Assembly: GCA_951406725.2 (NCBI GenBank)
Contig: OX597815.1
Location: 13,578,001-13,642,000 of the forward strand
Length of the DNA: 64,000 nt
Direction: 5' to 3'
Source: Octopus vulgaris
Taxonomy: Eukaryota
Translations under genes and position numbers: made by a program
Shown here: in pieces, positions 41,757 to 56,591 of the stretch
Layout of the letters: each line of letters opens with the position of its first letter
How positions within the stretch are numbered: position 1 is the stretch's first letter
The notes under the pieces: model-generated
Database searches by the model: none
What the model saw: the letters and a program-made list of their open reading frames with translations, nothing else
What the model was told of the DNA's origin: nothing

Positions 41757-44700
41757 TAAAAAAGCCTTATCCATACCTATGTTCTTTTAAATGCAACCGA
41801 CAATTAAGCCTTCACATCCTTTAACCTATTACTGTAGCAGCGACTTTACATCTCGGAGAAATAATTATTTTGCATTATCAGTCAAGAAATTACATCCTGT
41901 AATTCCAATATTTTCGCTGCAGCCAGCTGATATTTTAAACCACGATATGTTGATTTCAGTTTATTTTATTGAGAAAAAGCTCTTATGTAATTTAAGAATT
42001 CACAAGTGTAATGAAGGAAACATTGTAAATGTCCAAATCTTTCTGATAAAGAATTAGTAGTAGCGCATGAGTATTACTCAGAACACATGATATTTTTAAT
42101 CTTCTTACTCAATAATTCTTCCTTTATATTTCGAAATAATTTCCTCAAAATAAAAGCCGTTACAGATAACGTTACTAATGTTACTTAATAGACTTTCAAA
42201 CGATAAAATTTAGACCTGAGGTTACGTTTCAATATTCAACAACCGATCGCTTTATATTTTATCCAAAACATCTTCAAGAACAGCTGAATAACTATTTAGA
42301 ATTCATTAAAAGCAGTACATCCATTTTAGCTTGATATGCTGACTAGCTGAAGCAGCTTTTGTGCGATTACTGCAAAATGGTCAGTGTCTATATCTGCCGG
42401 AAATAGGAATACACACTTTGAAATATGAATAACCTCCACCGGATAGTGTCACAGTTCATAACTACTTTTGTTTATGACCTACACTCATCAATTGAATTTA
42501 GTTGACCGCATGATTTAGGATCAAAGGTGTTGTGTTTCTTAATTTCTATGATCTCACAATCAAGGCCTTTCACGTTGCATTCTAAAACTGCGAGCGGTCA
42601 ACACATTTGTATGGATCGGGGAGTGAGATAAATATAAATGTGGGTGCTAAATGAGGAAGAAGTGATCAGATTTCACAGGAACGTGATAAAAAAAAAAAAA
42701 CTGGGATTATCTGCGCACAAAGGAACATATTAATACGAAATGCACATTAAAGGAAATCTGTTGAAAAGCCAATGCCTTGCTGGACGAAATGATAAAAGAA
42801 GTAATGAATAAAGACATATATCGGATACACCGCATGCACACTACAGGAAAGCATGTATATGAATACAAAGAACATAAAGGTGGATGCATATATTGAATAC
42901 CAAAACACACAGATGGCTATAAAGGAACACATTAATACACAAACACATATATATCATGATACAAATGAATTCATACAAATTCATACAGACATACAATATT
43001 TTGTCGTGGATTTTAATAACTTCCTGCCATCAAATACTGGCAGGAATTTATATATAAAAAACAAACATTACAGCAGGTATCACCGAGAATATTCTTTGGT
43101 TAATACCACAGTTAGACTTGAAAAAAATTATTCAGTATTCCTTTGTATAGAAGGAAACTGACTTTTCCCATTGACACATATATATATATATGCGTCCCCA
43201 AATTTCAATATCGTCCATAATACTTCACTCCTGATTACCACGTTATGTGAAACTTAGTGATAAAGGTGTTATTCAATATATCTTCCTGTGAATATCGTGT
43301 CAATTTGACCCAGAGAAGCCATAAATCTGCTTTACGCTTTGTAATACAGAAGACATGTTAATCGAGCAATTATCATTCTCACTTAAGCCTTTTCCACCAT
43401 CGACAAATGGAAATTTTTCAATATTTCAACGCTATGCGTAGGAGCTTTTTCCCGCTTTGTAAACATTTTCAAGGTGTTGGCATTCTATGAAATTCATATT
43501 TTTTACACGCATCAAATAATCCTCTTACGAGTATTACTCCCTCAATATTCTGCATACATACCTCTGCAAGCAAATGAGCACAGCGTGTCTGCATATTCTA
43601 CAAAATGGGACCCTCATGCATACCTGAAACGTATACTGTTAAGTTCTCCTCTAAGGAACTCTGCGCAATAAAACGGAAAGATCGTAACCAACGTAATCCG
43701 TTAGCATATCAGTTTATCTAACAATTTTCTTAAATATGTAGAGAAAATATTTAGATATAAACAGAATTTTTATCTTACTTTTTATTTTTGCACCTATGTA
43801 ATTATATAAGGTCCGATATACGAAATAAGTTTGATTTACCTGGATTGACGATTTAACATTATTTGCATGCATTAATTACTTTTGTGTTTAGACTAAACCG
43901 AACTAGAATTTGTCTTTCCTAAACATACAATTATTCTATGAAACACACTCCGAAGTCATATGAAGCGTTAAATAAAATGAAGCAGATATTTTATTTTTAT
44001 AAACAGTGCGATTTGATAGAATTTATATTTAATAGAATACCTCAAAATTTTAATTAGTGCGCACAAAAATGTAAAGTACATCGTTTGCCATAAAAGTACT
44101 GCTTCTTGATCATTTGGTAGACATTTAATATGCACACAACAAGTAGGATTCACGTATAAATTGCTCTACTCGAAATTGCTTTAATCGGATATATTTACTT
44201 AGAAAAATATATTTCATTCACATAAATAGAGAGTGTGAAACAGCACAAATATATATTTCAGTGTGCGCATATACAAATTTACGTTCTTTTGTAAAAATGT
44301 ATATATTTTAAATACTTAAATGAATTATACCTTAAGTTAAGCAGATTTTAGTTTTATTTTATGAATTTAAACTTTCAACATATATTTTCTTGATTGTAAT
44401 ATTCAGTTATTATATTCCAATATTTGCTAATCATTTACTGTTTGATTTAATGTTGGTGTGTACTACAGCCGTACAGAAGAGAGAATAATCCTGTTGATTA
44501 TAGAAATGTTTAATTCAGCTTTTATTATAAAATTACAATCTGTAAGGAATATTGGATGAGATGCGCTGTATTAATGAACAAAACCAACTTAATTATTAGA
44601 ATTTTAATTGCTATATCCAATCTAGAATAAGATTATTTCCGGTAGTTAATAACATTTCAAAATTGTTAAAGACAATTAGTTTTATGCATTTCATGATAGA

Positions 44701-45582
44701 CTAATAAAGCTGTCATTTTGTAACCATCACTTCAATACTGGAACCTTTAATATCATACGAAGCGTTTTGCGTTCATGGGATCCTATAGGCCCATCAAAAG
44801 AATTACTTAAATATTACTTTTATTATCTAGCATCGTTCTGATCAAAACCTTTCCAGCAGTAACCTTCTCATAAGTTGACAGGCTTCCCTCCAGATTGCAC
44901 TAATGTGGGCTCTACTACTGGCGTTTTCTTTGACTTGCGCTATCAACTCTAGTTACACCATGTTTGGGATTCGTTTCTCACACTCTTCAACTAAAACGTC
45001 AACAACGTACTAATCGTCACTTCCCATTGGTTGCTGGTATCGCCATTTTGTTACTTCCTAACCATCCAAATACATTTGTCATCCATATGCAACCTAGACA
45101 CCACCCAACAAGGGACTTCGATGGCATACTACAGTTGTATCAATGTAATAGTGTCTCATTCAACAGCAGGACAAAAAACACAGCCGTTACCATATCAAGT
45201 CAACATTACATCTCGCAATCTACCCTTAAATACCAGCAGAACGCAACTAAATACACACGATAGCCTCAAACTTTTGACTTCGCTATCACTGAGGTTTCAC
45301 TAATGGATTCATATCCATAACGTAACTAATGTAGAATCTCAAAGACAGATTTTTTTTTTCTAGAAATAGAAAAAGCTTCACCACTTAATAAATATCAATA
45401 CCACACAAAGCAGCAGATGTGCAGATGTGTGAATCACACTGGAATATTCCCTTCTCAAAATATACAGTGCTTCTCTTACACACGCTGATATCCTCCACTA
45501 TGATCAGAGAGCAGCCACTGTACTGATGAGCTTAACATCGCTCACAAATACACCGCAAGCTCCAGTATATAGAAGTGATCTG

Positions 45583-45685
45583 TTCTCTCTCTTTCTCCCC
45601 CTCTCTCTTTCCCTCTCTCTCTTTCTCTCTCTCCCGCTCTATCTCTCTCCTTCTCTCTCTCCCTCTCGCCCCTATCTCTCTCTTT
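45583..45685. repeat. (CT)n-rich tract
   Basis: Direct reading. Confidence 0.85.
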
Positions 45686-46425
45686 GTTTCTTTTCTGTCA
45701 TACAGTGATGACCCCTGCTCTTAGGTACCGCTGGTTCTGTGTCATCTCATATCACTCGTTCCTTGTTTTATCATACATATTATGCCCGCTACCCTCAGAT
45801 ATATGCTTCGTAATTATACATTGTTTTCTAGTGCATTGAATCTCTCGGGCTTTCTCTCTTCACATTCTTTTCATAGAGCTGTCGCTTAGAAATCGCTTTA
45901 ACTAGACGCTAAACGCTCTTAATCTCACGATGAAAGAAAGCCTGCTGAGTTTTGGGGTACGCATTCTTCTGAGGTACGAAACTATTTAAAACAAACATCA
46001 GAAAACCGTGTATGCTAGAATACCTAACGTAGTATGTACTTCTCAGAAAGAGATTCACCATTTACAGCAGTCACTAGTTTCAATATAGATGCAATAGTTT
46101 TCTTTTTATAATCTTGTAGGCTAGATCTGTTTTTCAGTCTACGTTTATTTAGTTTTAAATTAAGTTATAAGTTAAGTACGGCTTTTAGATCTTTATCTTC
46201 TCCGAAGAACTATAAGTTTCGATGGATTAAAATATTTTGGAAGGTGAAGGGTAATATCAGTACGGCCTGATACTGCAGCTTGTATGAGTGTAATATTGAA
46301 TAAATCTAGATAACATTGTTATTTATATTCAGTATGATACTCATACGTAATACAGAACATTTTGAATAATTATCATTTGCTTTCATACAAATTCAGTTTA
46401 TAAGCATTATATGGCACACAATCTA

Positions 46426-46663
46426 TATTTCTTTACTGCCCACAAGGGGCTAAACATAGAGGAGACAAAGAAAGACAGACGAAGGGATTGAGTCGATTAT
46501 ATCGCCCCCAGTGCGAAACTGGTACGGTACTTTATTTATCGACCCCGAAAGGATGAAAGGCAAATTTGACCACGGCGGAATTTGAACTCAGAACGTAACG
46601 ACAGACGAAATACCGCTCTAAGCATTTCGCCCGGCGCGCTAACGTGTCTGCCAGCTCGCCGCC
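46426..46663 (-). mobile_element. SINE family A with 16-bp TSD
   Basis: tatggcacaYaatcta at 46410-46425 and 46666-46681. Confidence 0.93.
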
Positions 46664-48821
46664 TTTATGGCACATAATCTAGTCTCGTCAAATTATGTGA
46701 ATACGATATATAAGAGAATCATTGGAATTAGATCTACTTCGCCCCATGACAGGCTATAAATTCCATTGGAACATTCTTCGGATTCCATTCCTCCACCGTA
46801 GAGCAATGACTGCACATAGACCATTCCGATTCTAAATAAACATTGACTGCAAGAAAATGTGGTTTCCCAACGGCTAAAACATCTTTGCCCATATATGTGC
46901 TGTATCAAGATTCACATCGAGATAACTAACAAGGTGGATACATATTGAGTATTAAATAAACAATACATTAATTATTGATTCTCAATTCAATTTGCCATTT
47001 GGTATGATATGGCTGTTTTATTTTAATACATATGTAGTCAGTATACATTTGAGAAGCCTATGTGCAGTATCAGAGCTCTAAAATTGAAGATATCAAACTG
47101 TATCTAGCTTCAGACATTGCATGAGGAAACTAACAAAGCTACAACAAATACTTAAAGTCTACTTTTACAGCTATCAGCCTGTTTTGTAATATGTGTTTGC
47201 ATTTAAATGTCAACTTATCTAACAGATATATGTTTAAATTACTGCAAAATTCATTGGTAGTGTAATCTATTGTTGTTCCATTCTTCTGTTGATATTGTGC
47301 CTAGTGACCAGGGCATAAAATTTTATTAATTTCATTATAGGCATGAATTAATGAAATTCGAATATGGTACTGGACACTAACGTAGAATTCTTCTCTCCAT
47401 TTTGGCTCTGATATTTTATCTGACTCTATGTTTATTCCCTAATTTACTCTCAAAGAGCTAGACTAGAAAGCAATACAAGTAATGATTTGTGTAATAAATT
47501 CTAAAATTTTATCTCACAACCGCCAAAGACGAATCGCTAGATACAATTCAAGATGGAAATCTTGAATGCATCAATTAAGGAACAATGTTAATAAAACGCT
47601 GTCTCCTGATGAAGTCGTAAATTTGACTCTTCAATCTATCAGTGTCTCAAGATAAGATAACAAGGTCAGTAAAATATACCGCCAGAAAGTCAATAAAACA
47701 ATAAATAAATAAGAACGAATCTTACTGTCAAATACTGTGAAGCAGAAAATTGAAAAGAAGACATCCAACACAACAATCATCTCAAAAGAGGAAACGTATC
47801 TCTTTCTTGGACTACGTAAGTAATATCAATCAAGCTATGTATCGACATAACTTTATAAGTACGTAAGTGTGTCTAATACTAGAAAACAAAGTTATCTATA
47901 AGTGTTTGTTATTTGTTTTTCTATTGTAACTTGTGATAGGAAGCATCTCATTCACCGCGACGCAAACCTATGCTAGTATATCATAAAGTTTGGGACATAC
48001 GACTACCTGAAGCAAGTATAATTATCTCGGTAATAAATTACGTGCGAATAAATTCGATCTATCATAGGTGAGAGAGAAACATTAGAATAAACTATAAATA
48101 AAGAAGATAAGAGCTAAACAAAAGATGTGAGGAAGATTCGCAAAGTTTGCTGTGATAGTTTAGAGAAATGAGATAAAGTTTAACCTAGCGTCCAGACAGA
48201 TAAGAAGCAAAATTTATTTTGCTTCATTACTCAACCGAGGTAATGGCTATATTTGATTTCTCCAGTCGCCAAAGTTTACTTAACCCCCAACTGGACACAA
48301 CAACTAATTCCCAAGTGGCGAATCATATACACATAAATAGATTTATCCATTTATCCCTCTCTCCTTCCATTTCTCTTTGTACATATACACACGGAGATAT
48401 ACCGGCACGTACAAATGCACAGAAATACACCCCACGCACACATATTCCTGAGTATTGTTTTCGCTTTCCTTCTATCTCTCTCGTTCTTGAACTTAGTTAC
48501 ACTTTTCCCTCGTTCAATATATATATGTATGTGAGCATTTAGGTGTATATATACATGCATGCATACATACATACATGCATGCATACATACATGCATACAT
48601 ACATACAGATATGTGTATGTGTGTCTGTTTGCGCGCGCATATGTATGTGTGCGTGTATGGTCAAAAGCATGAGACAAACTCACATATTGGCATTTACTGC
48701 AAAATGCACTGCTGTTTATATCGCTAATGGAGAGATATATCGCCGTCATCTCCACTACTGAGACCGAGAACGTGATATTACGATCTAGCTTGATCTCAAA
48801 TTCATTTATACCAAATAATCT

Positions 48822-49305
48822 AAGAAAATGAATGGGTTATACATACATATTAGTTATATATAAGGATCTCTTACAGGCGCCCTATTATCGAATTTTTCAA
48901 CCATCTTAGTAGGCCATGGGATTTCCAGATATGAGTTCTACTCACGTCTCTAGTTTCATCAAAATCGATAAACCGATGTAGCGGGGGGGGGGGTAGCTAA
49001 CGATTCCACAAACACCCACACAGACAGAATTTATCACAAATTTAGTAGATAACGAATAATATAGGAAAACGAATGGGTTATCTCGCTTGGCTGTTAAAAT
49101 AAAATATATTAGTTATATAAAGGTACCCCTGTCAGGAGGCCCTATTATCGATTTAAAAAAAAATCTGAGTATGCCACGAGGTTTCCAGACAAGAGTTCGA
49201 CTCACGCGTCAGCTTTCATCAAAATCAATAAAACGAGGCAGGAGAAGTTAGCTAAAAACTCCGCTAACAAACACACCGACAAACATAATTTCCCACATAT
49301 GTAAT
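48822..49305. mobile_element. Tandem pair of an interspersed element of about 240 bp (same family as 81-285)
   Basis: Both units begin gaaaaYgaatgggttat and share ccctattatcga, tttccaga, ctcacg, tttcatcaaaatc. Confidence 0.75.
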
Positions 49306-49319
49306 ATATATATATATAG

Positions 49320-49504
49320 GGAGAATTCACAAAAAAACAAAAGGCAAGACGAGTGGTATAGACAACAAACATATGTATTTGTTTAAAGCTCGGGAATTGA
49401 AGAAGTCTTTAACGTTTCAAGCCTATGCTCTTCCACAGAAAGGAACACGGAAAGAAACAAGGAGAGAAAGCGATGAATGTGTAGTGGCGATCTATCATGG
49501 CGAA

Positions 49505-49506
<2 letters not shown>
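49320..49506 (-). mobile_element. PLE-type short repeat with variant hammerhead
   Basis: Reverse complement cttt-CTGTGGA-agagcataggctt-GAAAC-GTT-aaag; lies between (TA)n tracts. Confidence 0.65.
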
Positions 49507-49549
<43 letters not shown>

Positions 49550-49587
49550 TATATATGTATATATACATATATATATACATATATATA

Positions 49588-49869
49588 TCACGTGATCACG
49601 TGACCGACCAGACCACCAGATGTTGCTACACATCGCTGGTCACAATGCGTTCGCATTGTTTTAGCCTTCGAATGACGCCACCTCGCTGGCTAAGCGAGCA
49701 GGCCAACAGAAGAAAGAGTGAGAGAAAGAGTGGTGAAAGAGTACAGCAGGAATCACCCCGCCCCCTGCCGGAGCCTCGTGGAGCTTTTAGGTTTTTTCGC
49801 TCAATAAACACTCACAACGCGATCCTACGACCGCGAGTCCGCTGCCCTAACCACTAGGCCATTGCGCCT

Positions 49870-49873
<4 letters not shown>
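49588..49873 (-). mobile_element. SINE with family D head and a different tail; B-box deleted
   Basis: Head and body match 52085-52270, but the tail ggcctgctcgcttagcc..ggtcacgtgatcacgtga is unrelated to that of 52085. Confidence 0.85.
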
Positions 49874-49964
<91 letters not shown>

Positions 49965-50009
49965 TACATACATATATATATATGTATTATTATTATTAAC
50001 AGGGGAAAA

Positions 50010-52760
50010 CAAACTCAATTTAGTAATACTAAATCAATTTTCCCTATATTTTATACATATATGAAATGAAGAGACAGAACCTCCATAAATTAATACAATT
50101 AATAATGAAAAATATTATCTATAATCTATAATAAAATATAAATTTACATTTATTATTAATATTGTACTAAACATTACTATACTAAATAATACACATTAAA
50201 ATTGCTATACTAAATAATTCACATTAAAACGACGATGCACGTTTCCTGACGATATAGCTAAATCCACAAAATCAAAATCGATGATCTCAAAAATTAATAT
50301 TTCTTCGATCCAACGAAACATAACCTCTCTTCAGATCTAAATAACATAAAATAAATTTACAACATAAATGAAAATATTATAATTAAACTATATAATTAGA
50401 AATAATCGATAATATTTAACAGTATTAAAGAAAAGTATAAGCATAACTTAATTTTATTGACTTAAGGTTATTGACTGTGTAAATTCAATTTTTAAGGGAC
50501 AGGATGTGTTTCGATGGGAGCAGTGGTGGATGAACTTTTTATTTTTTTATTTTATAGAGTTGTATTTTGTATTTTTACGTGGATATATTATGTTTTAATT
50601 AATCTTTGATCTGCATTACTGACTGAATAAAGATAAAGGTGAAGATTTAGAATCTAGGGATTATTTTTTGCATATATATTTGTGCTATCCAGTAGAATCT
50701 ATCTAGTACTATTGTCTCGTAATTTTTGACGATGAACAGTCCGTCTATATCTAAGAATAAGTTTTGTTTAACCTATGCAATCCTCGTAATATCATTTATA
50801 TTTATTAGCAAATATTAAAATTATTGACGAACAGGTTAAATCGGGTTTTATATGGTAAAAACTTCTCCAGGTTTAAATTCATATTTTGTCTCCAATGAGG
50901 CTGATGCAACTTCAGTAAATAGTATAGCCACACTTTTCGATTTCTGGTATGAGGCTTGTGGGTGATTATTTAACACAGGTTAGTAGATTATTAAAGGTTG
51001 CGATTATTTGTTATTGTTGATTCTTTTATGTATTTTGGAAGGTTATTGTACCCTGGGGTCTTGTTTCAGGACTGGTATGATCCGGTGCATAGTTTTTAAT
51101 TTTCATTTTTATTACTGAGTGTTGTAACTTATGGTAGAGTGTTAGGCGTATCTGAACTGTTCTATGCTTTTCGTAGTTATTGAATATCTATTGAATTGAC
51201 ACGTTTCCGTCCTCTATTAAGATAGATGGATGTTATCATTCATGTAGTTTTTGTCTCAGTTCCCTGAATCTTAGTTACGAGTTTTCTGATTTGAAACAAT
51301 TGTGCAGATTCTTCTTACGAGATTAATTGGAATATTTGTCTTCATGTTTTGGGGATAACAGGAAGAGAACAGCAGGTGTTGTTTAGCACCTTCTGGTTGT
51401 AGTGAATGACTCTATCAATAGCATTGTCTATTTTAATGATTAGAATGTCCAGGAATCGTAATTGAATTTTACCGTATTCCATGGTGAATCAAATACTATT
51501 GTTTATGATCTTAATTAGGTTATTAAACTCAAGAAGCTGGTCAAATATGTGCATCCTTAGAATCAGACAGTAATTTAAGTAAATTTTCCAGCTGTCTCGT
51601 AAATATTTATGTAAACTAGACTGCATACAATTATATAATAAATCAAATGATAGGACCTCTATATATGCCATGACTAAATTTGGTATCAATCAGAGAAACT
51701 TTGGGGTCCATAGAAGCTTCATATATTTGCTTTTAAATATTACATTAAAATCAAAGCAGTTGTTTTCAAGGATACATTTTAATGTTTCCTCTTCCGGAAT
51801 TCCACGTGAGACTTTTTCGAACCAGAAATCTATTGATTCTTGTCTCTATTGGAATCGTAGTATAGAGGTTTACTTCATGAAATGATTCAATAATGGTTAC
51901 TTTGTTGATGTTTTGGGGAGATGGGTTCACAAATACAAGTCACTCCTTACAAGATTTCGGACGTATTTTAAAATAGTTTTCGATATTATATCCATAAAAC
52001 TGCTGAGAGTATGTTTCAGGGTTTGGCCTTGATGCGATTTGTCTTAATTTACGGTCGATTGGATGTATATTTATACAACTTGAAGCGTGGAGGCGCAATG
52101 GCCCAGTGGTTAGGGCAGCGGACTCGCGGTCATAGGATCGCGGTTTCGATTCCCAGACCGGGCGTTGTGAGTGTTTATTGAGCGAAAACACCTAAAAGCT
52201 CCACAAGGCTCCGGCAGGGGATGGTGGTGATCCCTGCTGTACTCTTTCACCACAACTTTCTCTCACTCTTACTTCCTGTTTCTGTTGTACCTGTATTTCA
52301 AAGGACCGGCCTTGTCACTCTCTGTGTCACGCTGAATATCCCCGAGAACTACGTTAAGGGTGCACGTGTCTGTGGAGTGCTCAGCCACTTACACGTTAAT
52401 TTCACGAGCAGGCTGTTCCGTTGTTTCGGATCAACCGGAACCCTCATCGTCGTAACCGACGGAGTGCTTCCAAAATAAAGAATACAACTTGAAATTTATT
52501 TTCTTTTAACAGGCACACTTAAGAGAGTCTTGTTCATATAGATTTACTAGGAGACCGAATAAAAAGCTAATTTTGCATTCTCAATTAGTTATATAGCCAC
52601 ATTCTGTCATAGCTAAGCACTTTTTGTGTTGGTGAATAATTTTGCAGTTTTATCATCATATCTGATTTTTGTAATTATTTAACTTTTCGTAATAGGTCGT
52701 ACCTTGGAGTAGAGATAATATACGTTTTGTAGTGTTCAGCATCCATATTAATTACAGCAT
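50010..52760 (-). mobile_element. Decayed Penelope-like element with terminal hammerhead remnant (50231-50337)
   Basis: NLVMAYIE, WKIYLNYC (WxRYxDD), LRFLDILIIK, KQHLLFSSCYP..NIP.NL.RRICTI; CTGAAGA..GAAACgtgcATC near the 3' end. Confidence 0.8.
52085..52481 (+). mobile_element. Full-length SINE family D (OR-like) with 12-bp TSD, nested in the PLE
   Basis: tggcccagtgg A-box, gtttcgattcc B-box, TSD atacaacttgaa (52073-52084, 52482-52493); 3' half shared with the SINE at 12072. Confidence 0.95.
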
Positions 52761-53436
52761 TTATCTTATTTGCATTCATAGCTATAATATCGTTATTGAT
52801 TTTGAGTTGATGTATAATTTCCTACTCATTTTGACTGGTGTTACGTTTGAATTTCTAGTGTAGTGTTTCTTTGTAAGAGAAGGTAAAAATATATACGTGT
52901 CTGTGTGTTTATGTGTGTGTGTGATTTTGTGTATATGTGCGTATGAGTGAATGAGCGGGTGTGAGTGTGCGTGTCTGTGTGCTTGAGTATTTAGAAATAC
53001 ATACGTACACACATCCTTTTCATGTTTTATTATGGATGCTGATGTGTCCCAGAAAGGAATCGCCTAACCGTAGAACTTTCTTTTTGAAACTTATGTTGTG
53101 ATTTTCATACGGAGCTTTGCATTATTCCTTTATTTTTGAGCAAAATACTAGTTTGATAACTTTTATTTATTTACAATTAATCGGAAATCAGTTAAGAACA
53201 GTAAGGAAATAGAGGTTTAAAGTTTACATTGTCATTCATTGGCATGCTATGTGAATACAGAGTGAAAGTTTCCCTTTGAAAATGAAGTATATTTCAGATA
53301 AATATTTTTTTAAATCATAAGTGGTGGGGAAAATTTGACATATATACACAGCAGCAATTTTCGTCAATGCATTTTAGGTTCTTTTCAGTAAATTTCTTTA
53401 TGAGAACTGGTATGGGAATTGTTACATTTGTATATA

Positions 53437-53777
53437 CTTCACTCCGTCGGTTACAACGAGGGCTCCAGTGGATGCAATCAACGGCACAGCCTGCTCGTGG
53501 CTAAGCACTCCACAGACATGTGAAACCTTAACGTAGTTCTCGGGCAGATTCAGCGTGACACAGAGTGTGACAAGACAGGCCCTATGGAATACAGGTACAA
53601 CAGAAACAGGAAGAAAGAGTGAGAGAAAGTTGTGGTGAAAGTGTACAGCAGGGTTCACTACCGCTCACTTCCGGTACCTTGTGGAACTGTTTTCTCACAA
53701 CGCCCGGTCTAAGAATCGAATCACCGATCCTATGACCGCGTGTCCACTGCCATAACCACCGGGGCCACTTCGCCTCC
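53437..53777 (-). mobile_element. SINE family D with 13-bp TSD
   Basis: acatttgtatata at 53424-53436 and 53778-53790. Confidence 0.9.
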
Positions 53778-53824
53778 ACATTTGTATATAGAAATGTATG
53801 TGTATGTATATATGTACGCACATT

Positions 53825-53864
<40 letters not shown>

Positions 53865-54314
53865 AAGCAAATACATACGCATATTACACATAAAGTCGCT
53901 TGTCTTACACACACATCCGCGCACATATATATATATGTAAAAATGTGTGTATAAGGATTTATAGAACATATATGTGCGCGTGTGTGTGTTTATATATATG
54001 TATGTATATATATGCACAGACAGTATATATACTGTGTATATATTCATGTGTATGTATACATTACTGCAGCTATGTAATACATGTGCATACATTCACACAT
54101 TCAAAAAAAATCAACGCTCCAGCTTATCACATTCGAATCTCAAATATCAGTTCGACCTACTGCCGCTGCTCTATATATTCCCTTAAAATTGGAATATATT
54201 ACAAAAGAGGATAAAAATAATATATAAGAAAGTAAGTACGTATATCAACAAATATCTGATTTGAAATTCTGTTATATCCATACACAATTTTATGTTGTAT
54301 TATGGCTATATATA

Positions 54315-54407
<93 letters not shown>

Positions 54408-55656
54408 TATGTATCTATGCTCGTCTGTGTGCTTGTGTTTAAACAAAATAATACCGAACCTACCATGGTTTATCCCCAACAGATTTTAAAATAAAATAGT
54501 AGAACTCAAAATGAAACAATGCAACATGTATGCACCTTGAATTGACCCCATATTTCAACGATTAAAATGCTGCAGAGACGAATTTAACAGAATCATTTTC
54601 TTACCAAAATTTTATCACCGCTGCATATAGTGTTGAGCACTCTATGGTGTTGGTAGTAAATTTAGGATATGTTTCTCTGTTGATGTTTCCTTGGACGTTT
54701 GAACCAGTCTTCATCATCCATACCACAAACACAATCCAAATTCCTCTGTGTACGTCGGGACGTCCGTCATCCTCAAATGATTATCAATTTAATAATTAGG
54801 AGTATCTCCATCTTAGAATTTTGAAACCTTCAGCTCATGAGAAATTCGTTAGACAAAATGATAATTAAAACAATCTGGGCCTTTGCTGAAGCTGGTTATT
54901 AGGCAAAAATTCAGTACATTCCGAATGAGGTGTTTACAAAATACATAAGGATTTAGAAATAATGGAAAATATGAATGGTAAGCATTATGGTGATTATAAC
55001 AATAAAAATAGTAAGGTTTGCATTAATAGGATGAATCGTAAGAAACAATTTATGGATAATAAGAAAGGCAATATAGGAAGAACGGTCAACAGGGATGGAA
55101 AATGTTTCGTAACGGATATAATGAAATGAAGTATGCAGCTATGTAAGGAAGGGAGCATACTATTAGTAAGGACATTATAGTCGCTGTTGATCCTAACAGA
55201 CATAATAAGGTTATTGGTAATAGTAATAGTAATAATGATAATAGCCATAATAGAATTAAAAATAGCAATTACAGAATCTACACAGAACGTAGAAATAATT
55301 ATAAAAATGATATTTGCTAATTAGAGTCTGAGATTCAATATGCCTCTCTTCAAAACATTACCTATATCTATATACTTAAAAACGTGCGGGGCAATATTAA
55401 CTATGGTATTAATCTTAGAAAACTGAGAGATCCCATACATGTTACAGGTTATAATACTCCACACCAGCACCAAATAGCCACAAACATGGCTCTAGAAAAG
55501 CATTTCCCACAATCAAGCAAATACGGTAGCTTATTTGATAGACACACTGTAATATTTATGTACTCAGCCACCAGGATTTTGACCGCAACTATGGCAGCAT
55601 ATAATATTAGTAAATGAAAAGAGGTTGCTAAAATGGATTTAGCCTACATATATACC

Positions 55657-55657
55657 T

Positions 55658-55730
<73 letters not shown>

Positions 55731-55800
55731 CACTACTACTACTAATACTACTACTACTACTGCAGCTGCTTCTGCCGCTGCTGCTGCTGCTGTTGCTACT
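55657..55800. repeat. (CTA)n then (GCT)n microsatellite
   Basis: Direct reading. Confidence 0.92.
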
Positions 55801-55902
55801 GTTTAGAGAGTTTGGTTTTTAATTTTAACTTTACTCAGTATGATTTATATATATATTTATATATATATATATATATCCATATATAAACACATGCATATGT
55901 GT

Positions 55903-55938
<36 letters not shown>

Positions 55939-56154
55939 TTAAAATCATAACTCGGGGTATCTACGAGATACCACCATTTTGAAAATAGCAGCCAGGATCT
56001 GACTCTGAAATCATATTAAGTGTTCACAAAGCACAATGGAGAGAATACAAAAAGTCAAAACTAGTAAAAAATTACTGGATAATTCAAGATCCCGGATTTC
56101 TGGCTTTGCATTTAGAAATGGTTTGCCTCATCAGTGGTAAAGAGAGAAACATAA

Positions 56155-56246
<92 letters not shown>

Positions 56247-56465
56247 CAACATACGAATGCTTACATATACGATCGTATACATACACACGCATGCGAAGTC
56301 AGAAATCCGGGATCTGGAATTATCCAGTAATTTTTTACTATTTTTATTCTGTGTTTTGTTGTCTCCATTGTGCTATATGAACAGTTAATGTAGTCTTAGA
56401 GTCAGATCCTGGCTGGTATTTTCAGCCTGGAGCTATCTCGTAGATACCCTTAGTTATAATTTTAA
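55939..56465. mobile_element. Inverted pair of PLE-type repeats (about 175 bp) around (CA)n(TA)n; the left arm carries a hammerhead on the minus strand
   Basis: 55939-56111 vs 56291-56465; cca-CTGATGA-ggc..gcc-a-GAAA-tccggg-ATC at 56083-56137. Confidence 0.78.
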
Positions 56466-56537
56466 GAGTAATTTTTACCTTTGAAGGTTTTTATTTCCAT
56501 GCTGGCCACATGATAAGATCGTTATTTAATTTATCCT

Positions 56538-56591
<54 letters not shown>

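Noticed and set aside
44900-45300. Coding-like composition, possible old retroelement
   Set aside because: No diagnostic motif could be recognised.
54630-54985. Possible host exon (ends at gtaagc); similar candidates near 37480, 46700 and 47750
   Set aside because: No recognisable protein and stops in the frames I checked; unsupported without RNA-seq.
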